Positions 51,976-64,000 of a DNA stretch of 64,000 nucleotides are shown here, one piece after another. Within the stretch, counting starts at the first letter, position 1. Every line of letters starts with the position of its first letter. The notes below the pieces were generated by a model. The model did no database searches, was not told where the DNA came from, and worked only from the letters and a program-made list of their open reading frames with translations. The stretch is taken from assembly GCA_030704615.1 (NCBI GenBank), contig CM060731.1, positions 33,418,001-33,482,000 of the forward strand, in the 5' to 3' direction. Position numbers and translations under genes: made by a program. The stretch comes from Takakia lepidozioides (Eukaryota > Plantae > Bryophyta).

Positions 51976-53305
51976 GGTGAAAAGTTTCAGATGCAGACAT
52001 ACGGTGTGACATTTCTGGTAGTCAGTGAAGGACCGAAAGTGAGGAAAGAGATATGTGTATCACGTCTGTGGGATTCCTAAAGGGCCACAAGGAGTAGAAC
52101 AACAAACAAATAACCATAGAAGGGCCCACAAAGAGTCAGAGAACTACTCAAGGCTAATATCGGTTCATTGTTGCAACTGGCCCCACCATCTGACCTTGAA
52201 TTTATGTCGTCGGGAGCTTAAGGAACGAATGCCAAACTCGCCCCGAACAGCCACATTGGCTGTTTTGGAGCATGCTGACATGCACATGAAAACCGTGTCA
52301 AGGGCTTGGTGTCAATTGTGCTAAGAGATCAGCTAGTGAGTCGAGGTAACCCTCCCCGTGATTGTGAAAAAGAAGACATACCGAGTCATTTTCTTATCCA
52401 AGCATATATTAACCATGATAGATGAGACCTTTAGTTTTTGGATGGATAATAGACAAGGCCGCTTTTAAGGACATTGACCATCCTACCAGGACTACCTCTC
52501 ATTTGCTTGAAGCCTGGACCGCAATAAGACATTGAGGATATGAACTGTTCAAGCATTACAAAAAATGAAAGAAACAAAGAAACTGTATGATGTCCACTGG
52601 AGATTACAGAACAAGCCTGCATAACAGGCCAACCAAATGTCAGTTGTGTGAATCACTACATCTAGTTGTCTGGAGGACTGTAAGTGGTTTAGGGTTTAAC
52701 GTCTCAAAGTCGAAAAGGCCATAGTGTCGGATGCACGACACGTGTTCATATTTGAAATCAACAACGGCCGGATCTTCACCTTGAGCTCGGGGGGTGTGTG
52801 ATCACACTCCCCTCCTTGTCCTTCTTTCCTCCTTTGCATGTCTTGGTCTTCCTCGCTCGTCTTTGTCTTGCTCATGGTCTATGTCCTCGCTCGTCTTCAT
52901 CTTTGTCATGGTCTATGTCCACGCCTAGTAAGAAGCGGTCGACCGCCGAGGCAGCATCACCTCCTCCCACTTGTGCACATTCCAGCCCCGCGGTGCGAAG
53001 GAGCCCCCGCCTGGCTCGACTGAATCTGGTACAGATGGCGTCGGTGCGAGAGGGAAGGCAGAGCAGTGGGCGGTCTTCCAGTTTGGATTTTGACACAAGC
53101 GACTATAGCATGGGCGACGACGATGAGGTGGAGGACAGTTCGGCGGAAATTGCACCTCCATCTGCAGAGTCTCTCCAAAAGGTGCGCAAACGGCACAAAC
53201 CCGCTGCGCATGAGGTGAGTTCTACCCCTACTTCTGTTCATGTTCTATGGGCGTTGAGTTCTCCTGAAACTGAAACTGGGATGCACATATCCATAAAGTT
53301 GTTCA

Positions 53306-54420
53306 ATCGGATCTCGTAGTATAGAGGGCAGTAGAAGAAGAAGTGTTCTTCAGTTTCAATTTCCTTGCTGCGCCCTATGCAAGCTGGACATAGGCGGTCC
53401 TCCCGTTGCAGGTTTTCCCATCTGCCAGTCTCTATCCGTAGGTTGTGGGAACCCACCCTGAACTGCCCCAATGCCCTCAGGAGGGAAGGAGCTAAGGGTG
53501 CTGAAAGGTAATTTGGTCTCAAGATTCTATCATCGCGGAGCACCAAGAATGTCTCTCGATAGAAGTGGAGCTTTGTTGTGAGATTGGGTAGCATCCAAGT
53601 TCTCTTCACATGTAATTCCATAAGCTCTCTCCGAATGAGTCTGTTGCGGTCATGTGTGGATGTGATGTCCACCTCATCTGGGTTCATTGGTAATAGGAAA
53701 GTAGTAGAAAGTCCGTTACGTTGAAATAAACTGTCCACTCGAGCATACCAGGAGTTCCCGAAACCTGCAGCTTTGAGCCTCATAGATGTTGTGAGGGCCC
53801 TTGCCACTAGCCCTTTGGGTGGAAGGGCCTGCAATCTATTCCTCACAGATTGTAAGCCTGAACTGTGCCTCGGATTGCAATGGTACACATGCGAACTCTG
53901 CACCTAGGATCTGAGAGGGAGTTGTGCTCCTGGCGCCAAGCATTGCTTGGAGAAAAGATGACTGTAATGGTTCCAAAATCTTTTCCCACCAGGAGACAGG
54001 GACACCAGGTGCCCAGAACTCACAACCATAGATGGTAGCAGGGCTGACGACGGTGTCAAACAGACACTTTTTGGTCGGGGGATGCCGCACATGTATTTGC
54101 TTGCATTTGGCGTGAAGGCGGACGGAGGCCGCCTTACCTTTAGTCAATCTGTCCAAGGCAGTGGCTGCAAAGTGAAACTTGGGGGAGTGGATAACCAGAC
54201 CTAGGTACCGGTATGATTTGACAATCTCAATTTCCTGCTGGTTGAAGATGAATCTACGATCAGCCTGGCCATTGAAGACCATGATCTTGGTCTTGCTAAG
54301 ATTGACTTGCATCCCATAGTCTTTGCAGAACTGTTCCAAAATTTAGAGATGGCGTTGCAGAAAGACCGGGGATTGTGCCAAAAGGGCAACATCATCAGCG
54401 TAGAGGAGATGTGATTGGGC
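53306..54420 (-). mobile_element. LINE ORF2 fragment (RT C-terminal part to CCHC knuckle), family A
   Basis: LLYADDVAL, VNLSKTKIMVF, YRYLG, FRVGSHNLRIETGRW and CPAC...ETEEHFFFYCPLY. Confidence 0.9.
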
Positions 54421-54440
54421 AGAAAATGAAGTTAGGCAGA

Positions 54441-55580
54441 AATGTGCAGTGGTAGCAATCAACGACAGAGGAGAGGGAGGAAGTGATCTTAAGTGGCAGT
54501 GGGGTAGCCAAGAGATCCCGGTCCTCCCTTCCTACACTTACCTAGGCGTTGAGTTTTCCTCCAATTGTAATTGGGATGCACATATACGGAAAGTTGTTCA
54601 AACTGGCAAGGGCAAAGCTCTGGGGCTCACTAAATTTTTCCACTGCAGAGGGGTCATCTCTGAGGTTAAGAAAACCATGCTTTGTCGCGTTATTAGACCT
54701 GCCTTGGAGTACGGATCTGCTATATGGGTTGATAACTCCAACCAGGCTAAGTCTCTAGAATCCATTCAAGTGGGGGTGCTTAAGGAGTGTATGTCAGCAT
54801 GGAGAAAACAGCCAATGTGGCTGTTCGGGGGTGAGTTTGGCATCCCATCCTTAAGCTCCCGACGAGATGAATTCAAGGTCAGATGGTGGGGTCAGCTGCA
54901 ACATATGCCCAACACCAGATATCCTAAGTTGATCGACTCTAAATCTTGGAAACAGGACCGCCCTGTCAAACAGACTAAGTCCTGGCAGAAGAGAGTAGAA
55001 AAGATTCTCAAGGACCTGGACCTGGATCCGCAAGTCTTGACCCTGCTGGATAAATCTGCCTTAGAGGCTGTAGTGTCTGAAGCCATGTCTGTTGCCATGA
55101 GATTGTCTGATGAAAATGAAGTTAGGCAGAGAACTTCCCTGAACTTGTTTCCAGTCAGTGACATGGGGGTGGACATCTTGGATGACCTGAAGGGTCCACC
55201 CACTCTCGGCACTAGACTGAAATTTAAACTCAGGGCAGGAAGCCTACCTTTGAACAGCAAACAGAAGCAGATCGGAAAGGGAGAGTGCAATTGTCCGTTG
55301 TGTGGGCAATCTGAAGACAGTATTCATTTTCTGATACGCTGTCCGGGGTTCTCTCACCAAAGAGACGCTCTCTTCAATTCTATCAAGGGAATTGTGCCTG
55401 TACCCCTGTTTACCAACTTTGAAAGACTCGAGGCTGAGCCAAAAGCCCAGGCCCTCCTGAGGCCTAGTTTTTGGGCAAATCACACACAGCAGATTGATGC
55501 TTGTGTGAAGGGATTTCTAGAGGATATCTGGAAAACCCGGATCAATGCTTTATACGAAGGTAAGTCTTACTACCAACGTC
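54441..55580 (+). mobile_element. LINE ORF2 fragment (RT thumb to CCHC knuckle), family B
   Basis: YTYLGV, IRPALEYGSAIW, KFKLRAGSLPL and CPLCGQSEDSIHFLIRCP. Confidence 0.9.
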
Positions 55581-58500
55581 ATAGGGTCATTGTCTGACTC
55601 ACTGCCCGGGGTGCTATCACCATACAGACCACCGGATATCCAAGCTATCAATTGAATTGTGTCTGCACCTGTGTTTACAAACATTGAGAGTCTTTAGGCC
55701 TTTTGGGGCTCCGATGCTGGGCTCCGCCATACAGCCATTTGCTGATTGTGTGAATAGATGTCCACTCCCTATGTGCAAAACCCAGATGGATGTTCTGTTT
55801 CCTGGTAAGTGTGTATGATGGTACTGATGTGAACCCGCCCACATTATGTTTCTTCACCAATGAATGGCCTTACATGTTATGAGGACATTCTGTCCCTCTC
55901 CTTTTCAGTTTTTGGCACTTGCGCTGCAGGGGAGTGGGTTTGAGGTCAGCCAATCCATAGTTGTGGTTGTGGGATCGTTTGTGCTCTGGTGACGTTGTGT
56001 TCAGTAGGACTACAGCTGATGCACCTTGTGTGTGGGATGTTTTTGGCAGCGGAAGGGGAGTGAAGCTGCAGCAAAGCACTCACAGCCACCACACAATGCC
56101 AACCAACACCAACCTTGGCACCCACCCCCTGCCGCATGGTCTCCACAACAGAGTGCACCATGGGGAGCCCCCCCTGCTTCGGGGTCGTGGCGCTGGCTTC
56201 CTGATGCTGGCACGTCACAATGGGGGCCTCCCACATCTCCATACGGCCCTCCCCCCTCCGGCACACATCAGTCACCCCCACAACGTATGACGGCGCTGCT
56301 CCAGAGCATGGGGGCAGGAAACGGACATCAGAGCTGAGGAAGGAACGACGCCATGCCATGAAACAATGGGAAGGAGATGGAGAGGGAAGGGTGGCTGCAG
56401 GGCTAAAGCGCCACAAGGTGGAGGTGCATGGAAATGGAGTCATCAATGTTGGCTGCGAAGGTAAGGAACACTGGCAGCGTGATTTGCGTGGCCTGGCATT
56501 GCGTTACCTTGACTCAAGCGTACAAGACATTGACCAGCAGTCCCAGAGTGCCATGTCAACAGTAATAGAGGGCATAAATGGAATGTACGAGTACAGACCT
56601 ATCCCTGCCAATCGTGATTTTATAGTGAAGCAATGTGGGAAGATAATGAAAGGAGAAAGAGCAAAACTGAAAGATAAATGGGCAAAGACTGGTGTGAGGC
56701 CAATGAACACTGAACCCGCCTATTGGGATAAGCTTGTTGCCTACTGGGAGTCCCCTCGTGGACTTGCAAAGGCTGAAGGGATGAAGCAAGCGCGTGCTTG
56801 TGTCACGAACCCCTCGCGTTGGGGCCGGGCAGGAGTTGCAGGCCAAGCAGCCCGTTTGGTAATCTCCTCACCCCCTTCTCATTGCTCCTACGTTGTGGCA
56901 TGTTCTGATGGAAGAGACACCCACGAGTGGGTTTTATTGCTTGTGCAGAATTAGTTGTTATGTGATATGCAGGGCAGTGCTTTGTCCATATGCTCCTGGC
57001 ATTTTGTACTGACAGTGTGTGGATGGGCAAATACAGAAAAGACGCAAAGCGCGGAGCCCGTCACTGTCCGAGCTCGGGGCGGAGCAAAAGAACTATGCGA
57101 CTGGCACCCCATCAGAGTCTGTTTTGAGCCAGGTATGTTTTGAAGTCCGGTTTCCATTCATGAATCTGTTGTTGTACTAAGATTTGGTGGGTATGTGGGG
57201 CCCCCACGCATGGTACACGAGGGGTGTTATGCCAAACCCAGCCATCTCCGAATGCCTGAAATCCTGCACATTCGGCCTCTTCTTCTGGTTTTTAACAGTA
57301 CGGGTGGGTGTTTGTATGCGTAGGGAGCGGGGAACTCAATGGCAGCCCGCATCGGGGCCTGGAGAGGCTTGCGGCTCTCTCTGCGGAGCGGGAGAGGGGA
57401 ATGGAAGCACAACTAAGAAGATAGTGGAACTCATGATGAGGCAAAAAGGGGGTGTGACGGGTGGAATTATGGAAGACCCCCCTGCTGCGACCATTGTACC
57501 TGAGAAGGAGGAAGTAATTGTAGTGGGTAGGGATGTGACAGAGGTCCAGCCTATTGTTGATGATATTCACAGTGGGGGGCAGGGTCCACTCGTTGAAGAG
57601 GGAGAGGTCCAGCGAGTTGGTGGGGATGACATGGACGATGGGGGGGTCATTGCTCATTCTATCAAGGGAAAAGGGGAAGCTGTAGGGGGAGAGGGTGGTA
57701 GTTTGCCTGGTCCAGGCTGCAGGGGGACCGAAACTTTGCCCTCCGGGGTGACTGTTGTCTCCCAACCCACTGAGGTGAGACCCCGTGACACCCCTTCAAA
57801 AGCTCCTTTCATAGAAAAGTCGAATGGGATCCTGTGCCACTCTATTCCTAACTTTCAGCCCAACCCGAGGCGTCATTGGCCATGGGTGTTGACCACCAAC
57901 AAGTATGTTTTCCCAAGGCCCTAGGTCTGCGAGTTTTTAAACCTTCTCTTCCGGCATTTCTACGTTGGGATATGGTCTTGTGCTTCCAAGGGGAATGTTG
58001 CAGACATCTTCAAAGTGGTGATGCAGGGGGTCAAGGGTTCTCCCCTCTTTGTGTGGTCACAAGAGGAGTGTGACCCCTTGACAGAGCCACACCCCACAAA
58101 AGGGCCTGCCGTACAGACTTACAGAAGAGACTGTCGAGGGTGTGGTCGGAATTTTCTGGATTTAACGAATCCAACACCCTCCTAGTGGATGATTCACCAC
58201 ACAAGGGGAGGGGGAACTCCCCTTTGAACATGGTTCATCCATTGTCGTTTGATGTCACTGGCAATGTCAGTGAGGGGCCCGATTCAGAGTACCTTTTAGA
58301 AACAGTCTGGCCCTACTGCCAAGATTTGTTTTGCTCCAAGGATGTGCGTGTCTTCACAAGCACGCGGAAGCTGACCCCGACTGGCAGCTTGAATGTGGGA
58401 GAGGATGGGGTCGTTGGGGGAAGTACTTCTGCGCCCATGCAGGTGAAACTAACCTTACTGTTTGCAACATGACATCGAACCCAAAAGATATGTTTGTTTT

Positions 58501-60603
58501 GTTCCCCCCGGATGCCCTCTCACGCAAGGCTGGCACTATATGTTTTGCAGGGACCACATGTACAGGGAGTGGCAGTGGGGTCGTCTGTGAAGAAGGTGGG
58601 TCCTGCGCCAAGGACCATAGTGCTATGGCGGCAGCATTCCGGATTCCCCCCCCCGGCATGAGGAGGAAGGCTCCAAGGTATGGTTGTTCCCAGCCCCTCT
58701 CCGCAAACTTACTTGGTTGGTTTCCTTTATGGATACACTTCCTGAAGCGTTGCAATGTGTATTCATTGCAGGTGAGCAAGAGGAGTGGGCTGTCCCCGGC
58801 ACCATCATCGCAGCAGGACGTGGTTCCCCAGGCATGCATTCATGGCTCCTTGCTTTGCCTGGCTGGTTTTTAGTAGGGTTATTTTTGCCAGGTTGTTGTA
58901 GTGTGCACGGTCTGAGCAGGGTGTAAGTTAGCTTGCTCCGTGGAGGTGTGTTTATACCATTGCAACCACCAGAGTTCATGTTATTCTTATCCGTCTAACT
59001 AAATCTCTTTTCGCTGCTGCAGTTGAAGACACGTGGGCAGCTTTCCCTCAGTTGCCACCCTCAGCGACGAGCTTCGCTTCAAGGTAGGTTGGTACACCAT
59101 GAATTTGCTGCTGAATCAGTATTGTGGCAACCAAGATCGTTTCCATGCCCAGCTGCGCTTGACTTTCACCCTGTCATTGCTATGTTTGTTGCTGAGTGGA
59201 CCCTGATGTTGGTGTCTGCAGATATCAGATCCTGTGTTTCTCCTGAACCCCCATGACAAGCGGTCAAAGACAGCCGCCGCCAAGGCGGAAGTGGTGGGAA
59301 TAGCCGGGGTTGACAAGTTCCACTGCAAGGACATTCCATCCGGGTGGTACAAGGTGAAAGTCCACGAGATCATGCTTCCAAGTGTTACACTGCCTTGCCC
59401 AAATGTGGACGATGCCCCCCCCCCAGACCACACTAGCGCACGTGAAAGGCACGGTGACTCTGTGGCCAGAGAAGAGTATGAGGAGGGGTGAAGGTATCAA
59501 GTGACATTTCATGTTTGTAGTCCCTGTTGGGTGTGTAATGATACTCATAGAAGTGTGTATGATACTCACGTTACCAGTTTTGTACATTTGGGCCATGACA
59601 GTTTAAGTGATGTCCGGCAACCATGTATGTTGGCATTTAGTCTTGCTCATATGCAGGTGTGCCGTGACGGTCTCCAATTTGAATGCAATATTCCATTTCT
59701 TGACTTGTCGTCATGTCCGTCCATCTTCTATGTGTATGTGTGATGGTCTTTGGTCTCCCTGTTGCCTCGTCTATTTGGTTCATTAGCGTGATGTTGTGCA
59801 TGCATCGTGGTCTGTGTTCTGAGTGTCGCCTAGTATCATTGCTTCTCAATTCCCCCTGCATATGGGTGAACCACTAAAACCAGTAGAATGCATCAGAACC
59901 ATATTTTCAGCTTAGAATGCAAGTCAATTGGACAACTCACACAAACCACTACAAGTGCTCATTTGCAATGTTTTCCTACTGTAGTGCAACCAACTAGCAT
60001 AGTGGCAGCGGAGTTGGCCAAAGCAGTCCCGAGATGGCACAAGCACTCTGCGTCTTTCCACTAGCAGTCGTACCTCTCACTGCCATTGCGTGGGGACGAC
60101 GCCACGCGTCGACCCACACACTCTCCACGTGGTCCCCGTGGATTCGTCTGCCGGCAGTTGTGCAGTCGACTTCGCCAGTGGCTGTTGCCACGTGACATGC
60201 AGCACTCCAAGTTATGTGGCCGACTTCGATGTGGCGTCTTGAGCCCGTGGCCACGCGGCGGCATTACCGCTCGTCGCGGCGCCGCCACATCGGCATCCAC
60301 ATCAGCATCCACGTCCGCGTCCATGTGTCACCGCGCCCCAGGTGAGTCAGTCCACTTATCCGGAGGGAAAAGTCAAAGTCAGCTCAAAACATCAGACACA
60401 CGGGCGGCCCGTCTGGTTACGCCATGTGGTTCTTCAGCATTAATCGCATTAATTGCTGAGCAGTTTTTCGCGCGTCTACGTCCTTTACCACTCCACTCAT
60501 TGGATGTCCAATCCAACTACCACGTCTGTTGTAACTGGTCTATTGTAACTTCCAGTCGATCCCTGTTTTTTGACTTTTACGACTCAAAATGAGTCGTTAC
60601 CCC

Positions 60604-63397
60604 TTGTACTCTTCCTATGCACAATCATGAACTCTTTAGTCAATAGTTCTATGGTCTCATTAATGAAGTGACTTCCCTGGTCACTGATAAATTCCAGGGG
60701 ACAGCCAAATCGTGTAAGTATGTTCTCATACAAGAACCTTGCTGTGGACTTAGCTGTGTTGTCCCTCAGAGCTTTAGCTTCAACCCACTTCGTAGTATAA
60801 TCAGTGGCTGTGATTATATACTTGTTCTGTGTATTCTTGGCTGGTGGGTTAATTGGTCCAACAAAGTCTAGTCCCCATTTCTGAAATGGTTCAGTAGGCA
60901 TCGTAGGATGCAAAGCCATCTTTCCAAATCTCTGCAATGGTCCTAGCCTCTGACATTCATCACAACTCTTACAATACTTGTATACATCCTTGAACAAAGT
61001 AGGCCACCAGTAACCTGCAAGTAGTATCTTTCTACTGGTAGTCTCTTCTCCAAAATGACCTCCAGCCACTCCTTTATGAACTTCCTCCAAAACTTTATTT
61101 ACTTCATGGTGGTACAAGCATCGTTTAAGTACTCCATCAGGTCCTAGCTTATACATTCTGCCCCCTACCATAGTATAAGGTAAAGCCTTGATAGCGATTC
61201 TCTTCCTCTGCTCCTTTCCATAACTAGGTGGGCACTGACCATGAGTAAGGTAGTATCTGATTGGCCACTGCCAATCTAACCAGTCATCTGCACTAACCTA
61301 CACCTCCACTGCAAATAAACTCGCATCAGGTAATTGGTCGTCTACTCCTGTGGCGGGCTCTCCTGTTGATAGGCGTGACAAGTGATCTGCCACAAGATGC
61401 AAACGGCCAGGCTTGTAAACAACTTTGAACTCAAACTCGTGCAAGATTATTAACCACCTTGCTATCCTTCCACTTATCAAAGGTTTGTTCACCAGATATA
61501 TCAGAGCCTGGTGATCCACATAAAACATAAACTTCCTTCCCAATAGGTAATGCCTGAATTTCTTGATTGCATAAATCATTGCCAGTGCTTCTCTTTCAGT
61601 TGTGCTACAGTTCCTTTCAGCACTGTTCATCAACCTGTTAGCATAGTACACATGTGAATCTATATTTCCTGTAACATTTTGGGCTAACACTGCTCCCGAT
61701 GCTTCTCCTGAGGCATCACAGTGAACATGAAATACTACATGCCAGTGAGGGTTAATCAGCACAGGTGTAGTTGTTACTGACAATGTAAGTTCCTCAAAAG
61801 CCTGTTGACATTCAACTCTCCATGCAAACACTGCATCTTTCTTCAGAAGCTTGCTCAATGGTTCTGCTATCTGTGCATACTGTCTGACAAATCTTCTGTA
61901 ATAACTGGTTTGTCCAAGGAATCTCCTTAGACTCTTAACGTGGAGAGGCTTTAATGGCCTCTGTCTTTCTGGGATCCACAAGAAGTCCCCTCTTACACAC
62001 AATGTGTCCCAAAAGCACCCCTGAGTTCATACAGAAAGTACACTTCTCTGGATTCAGCCCCAGACCTCTCATCCTGCATCTGGCCAAACATAACTCCAAT
62101 TCATGCAAGTGCTCATTCTTAGAGCTGTACACACTGAAATCATCCAATAACACCTGCATGAAATCATCCAGATACTCATGAAAAGATTCATTTATTACTC
62201 TCTGAAAGGTTGCTGGTGCATTACAAAGTCCAAAAGGCATGACTTTGTATGCATAAGCACCCCAGTCTGTGATGAAAGCTGTCTTTCCCTGGTCTTCTTC
62301 TGCCACTTGCACTTGATTATAACCACTAAAGCCATCCATGAATGAGTACATCTCATGGCCTGCCACAGTGTCCAATACCGCTTCTGTGAATGGCAAAGGG
62401 AAAGGATCTTTCTTCGTACAAGCATTCAACTTCTTATAGTTTACACAAACTCTCAGTTTACCATTCTTCTTGGGAACTATCACAATGGGTGACAACCAAG
62501 TTGTATACTCTATCGGGTATATAAACTTAGCCTCAGCCAACTTCTTGATATCTTCTCCAACCTTCTGTGCATAGTTGGGATTCATTCTCTACCTTGCCTT
62601 TTTGATTGGTACTGACCCTGGTTCAGTTCAATCTTATGCTGACAGATCTCAGGTGGTATCCCTTTCAGATCCTCGTAGCTCCAAGCAAATACATCTCTGT
62701 ATTTGATGAACAGACTCTTAGCTTCCTCAAAGAATTCTGGCTCCAAATCAGCCCCTACCTTCACCATCCTCGGTTCCCCTTCAGTTCCCACATTCACTTC
62801 TTTTACCTGCTCATCAGCTGTGATTGTCCACCCAGTCACCACTTCATCCTGTAAACTCACAGTGGCTGGTTCCTCTAGGATTTCCATTTCTTCCTCTCTT
62901 TTTTCATAGAAATGTGGTGGGTAAATGCTTGTTTCACCCTCAATTGGTGTTGCTGTCACTACACCACAACAGATACCTTTTAAACAACTTAGGCCTTCCA
63001 GTTGCATCTTAGCAACCTGCTCCCACTCTGGGTGTGCAACGAACAGGGTAGCTTCCTGCTCCTCATCAAGTCCTCCCCTCCAGTCATACTCCCTGACCCC
63101 TCAAGGTCTTCTCGTAGCAGGTAGTCTACTAGATTTCTTAGTGGTGATTTGTATCTTGTGCATCCCATCATGCACAGTTAGTAACTGGGAATTCCAGTCA
63201 TGGAATACCCTGGCCTGTTTCAGCCACGGTCGACCCAGCAATAAAAAGTAAGCTTCCATGACTTCATCCATTTTCAACACAGTTACTGTGATCTTAAAGA
63301 TCATCTTTTGAATCTGTATCTTAACTCCTCTTATCAATCCCAATGGCTGAACACTTCTTTGATTTGCCATTGTTACTGTAAATGGGGCTGGTTTCAT
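60604..63397 (-). pseudogene. Gypsy pol: protease C-terminal part, RT, RNase H, integrase N-terminal part
   Basis: LLLGRPWL; WLSPIVIVPKKNGKLRVC, DGFSGYNQ, MPFGLCNAPATFQR, LLDDF; CDAS..GAVLAQ, TEREALA, DHQAL, ADHLSR; HHCC finger, WGLDFVGP, SDQGSHF. Frameshifts are present. Confidence 0.95.
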
Positions 63398-63398
63398 G

Positions 63399-64000
63399 TT
63401 CTTTCATGTCTCTCTACACAGTATGTTTGTATCGATTCAGTATCGGATTAAGATGAATCATGTATCATGCCTATGCCATGGTGTCCCTAATCTACCCTAC
63501 TGCATGAATTAAGCCTCAATCAAGCCATCATCTCCTCTTCACTATTTCCGCTCTCCGTTACGTCTCTTCCTCCCTTGAACAAATCGGCCTCCTCAAGAAG
63601 TGATCCTCTTCCTGTTGTCGCCCTGCCTAATCTACCCGCAAGCTGTTCTAACCACCTAACTAACTAACCGTCACCCCTGAAGTAACACGTTCCCTCTGCA
63701 GATGTCGTTCTCTGTCAATGATAACTGTTCCCATGTACTATGACAGACTGTGTGAAGTTGTGCCGAGCTGTGACTGGCTGTGTAAAGCTGTGTCGGGCTG
63801 TGACTCGCTGTGCGAAGCTGTGTCGGGCTGTGTCAGACTGTGTCTGGCTGTGATAGACTGTGACGGGTTGTATAAAGCTGTGTCTGGCTGTGATAGACTG
63901 TGACGGGCTGTGTAAAGCTGTATCGGGCTGTGATAGACTGTGACGGGCTGTGTAAAGCTGTGTCTGGCTGTGATAGACTGTGATGAGCTGTCTAACCCCC
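63399..64000 (-). repeat. 5' LTR, truncated at its U5 side and fused directly to the protease region; continues beyond the window
   Basis: Matches 39283-39948 with scattered substitutions and indels. Confidence 0.82.

Larger units (their letters stand above)
52915..59491 (+). pseudogene. CACTA TnpA/ORF2-like multi-exon gene with Transposase_24-like, FCP1/HAD-like and C-terminal domains
   Basis: Exon 52915-53214 (donor GTGAGT). 56050-56858 contains YWDKLVAYWES...AE.MK.AR....SRWGRAG. 57830-58340 is FCP1-like. 59222-59491 contains KFHCKDIPSGWYKVKVHEI..PSVTLPCP. Stops and frameshifts are present. Confidence 0.7.
45196..60603. mobile_element. CACTA (En/Spm) element inserted in the gypsy integrase; right terminus lost
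   Basis: CACTAGAAG begins exactly where integrase homology stops (45196). CGACT/AGTCG subterminal motifs cluster at both ends. TnpD- and TnpA-like genes lie inside. Confidence 0.85.
39028..64000 (-). mobile_element. Ty3/gypsy LTR retrotransposon (non-chromovirus, Athila/Tat-like), decayed and interrupted by a CACTA element
   Basis: PR-RT-RH-INT order on the minus strand, matching LTR sequence at both ends, and a PPT next to the 3' LTR. Confidence 0.88.

Noticed and set aside
59947-59986. CACTACA...TGTAGTG 40-bp mini-CACTA or true right terminus
   Set aside because: No 3-bp TSD, it does not match the left TIR (CACTAGAAG), and subterminal motifs continue for another 600 bp.

Overview
Plant nuclear DNA with spliceosomal introns. 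The gene content and style suggest a non-seed plant such as a bryophyte, but that is inference. The left ~24 kb is gene-rich: a CRT-like plastid transporter (CLT, partial), a decayed LINE carrying duplicated OSB/PDF-motif exons, a PHD-AWS-SET-Tudor histone methyltransferase (with a U12-type intron and an exactly duplicated last exon), LHCB5, an aldose 1-epimerase with an apparent GA-AG intron, and tRNA-iMet. The 24-39 kb stretch is AT-rich and repeat-laden. It hides a small COX7c-like gene and a TTAA-flanked, piggyBac-like non-autonomous element. The 39-64 kb stretch is a nested TE stack. A minus-strand Ty3/gypsy element (large extra 3' ORF, gag/PBS deleted) has its integrase split by a ~15.4 kb CACTA element. 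That CACTA has divergently transcribed TnpD and TnpA-like genes, with an FCP1/HAD phosphatase-like domain embedded in the TnpA-like gene. It also carries a candidate third spliced gene, a PLS-PPR fragment and LINE insertions. All calls come from reading motifs by eye; no searches were run.
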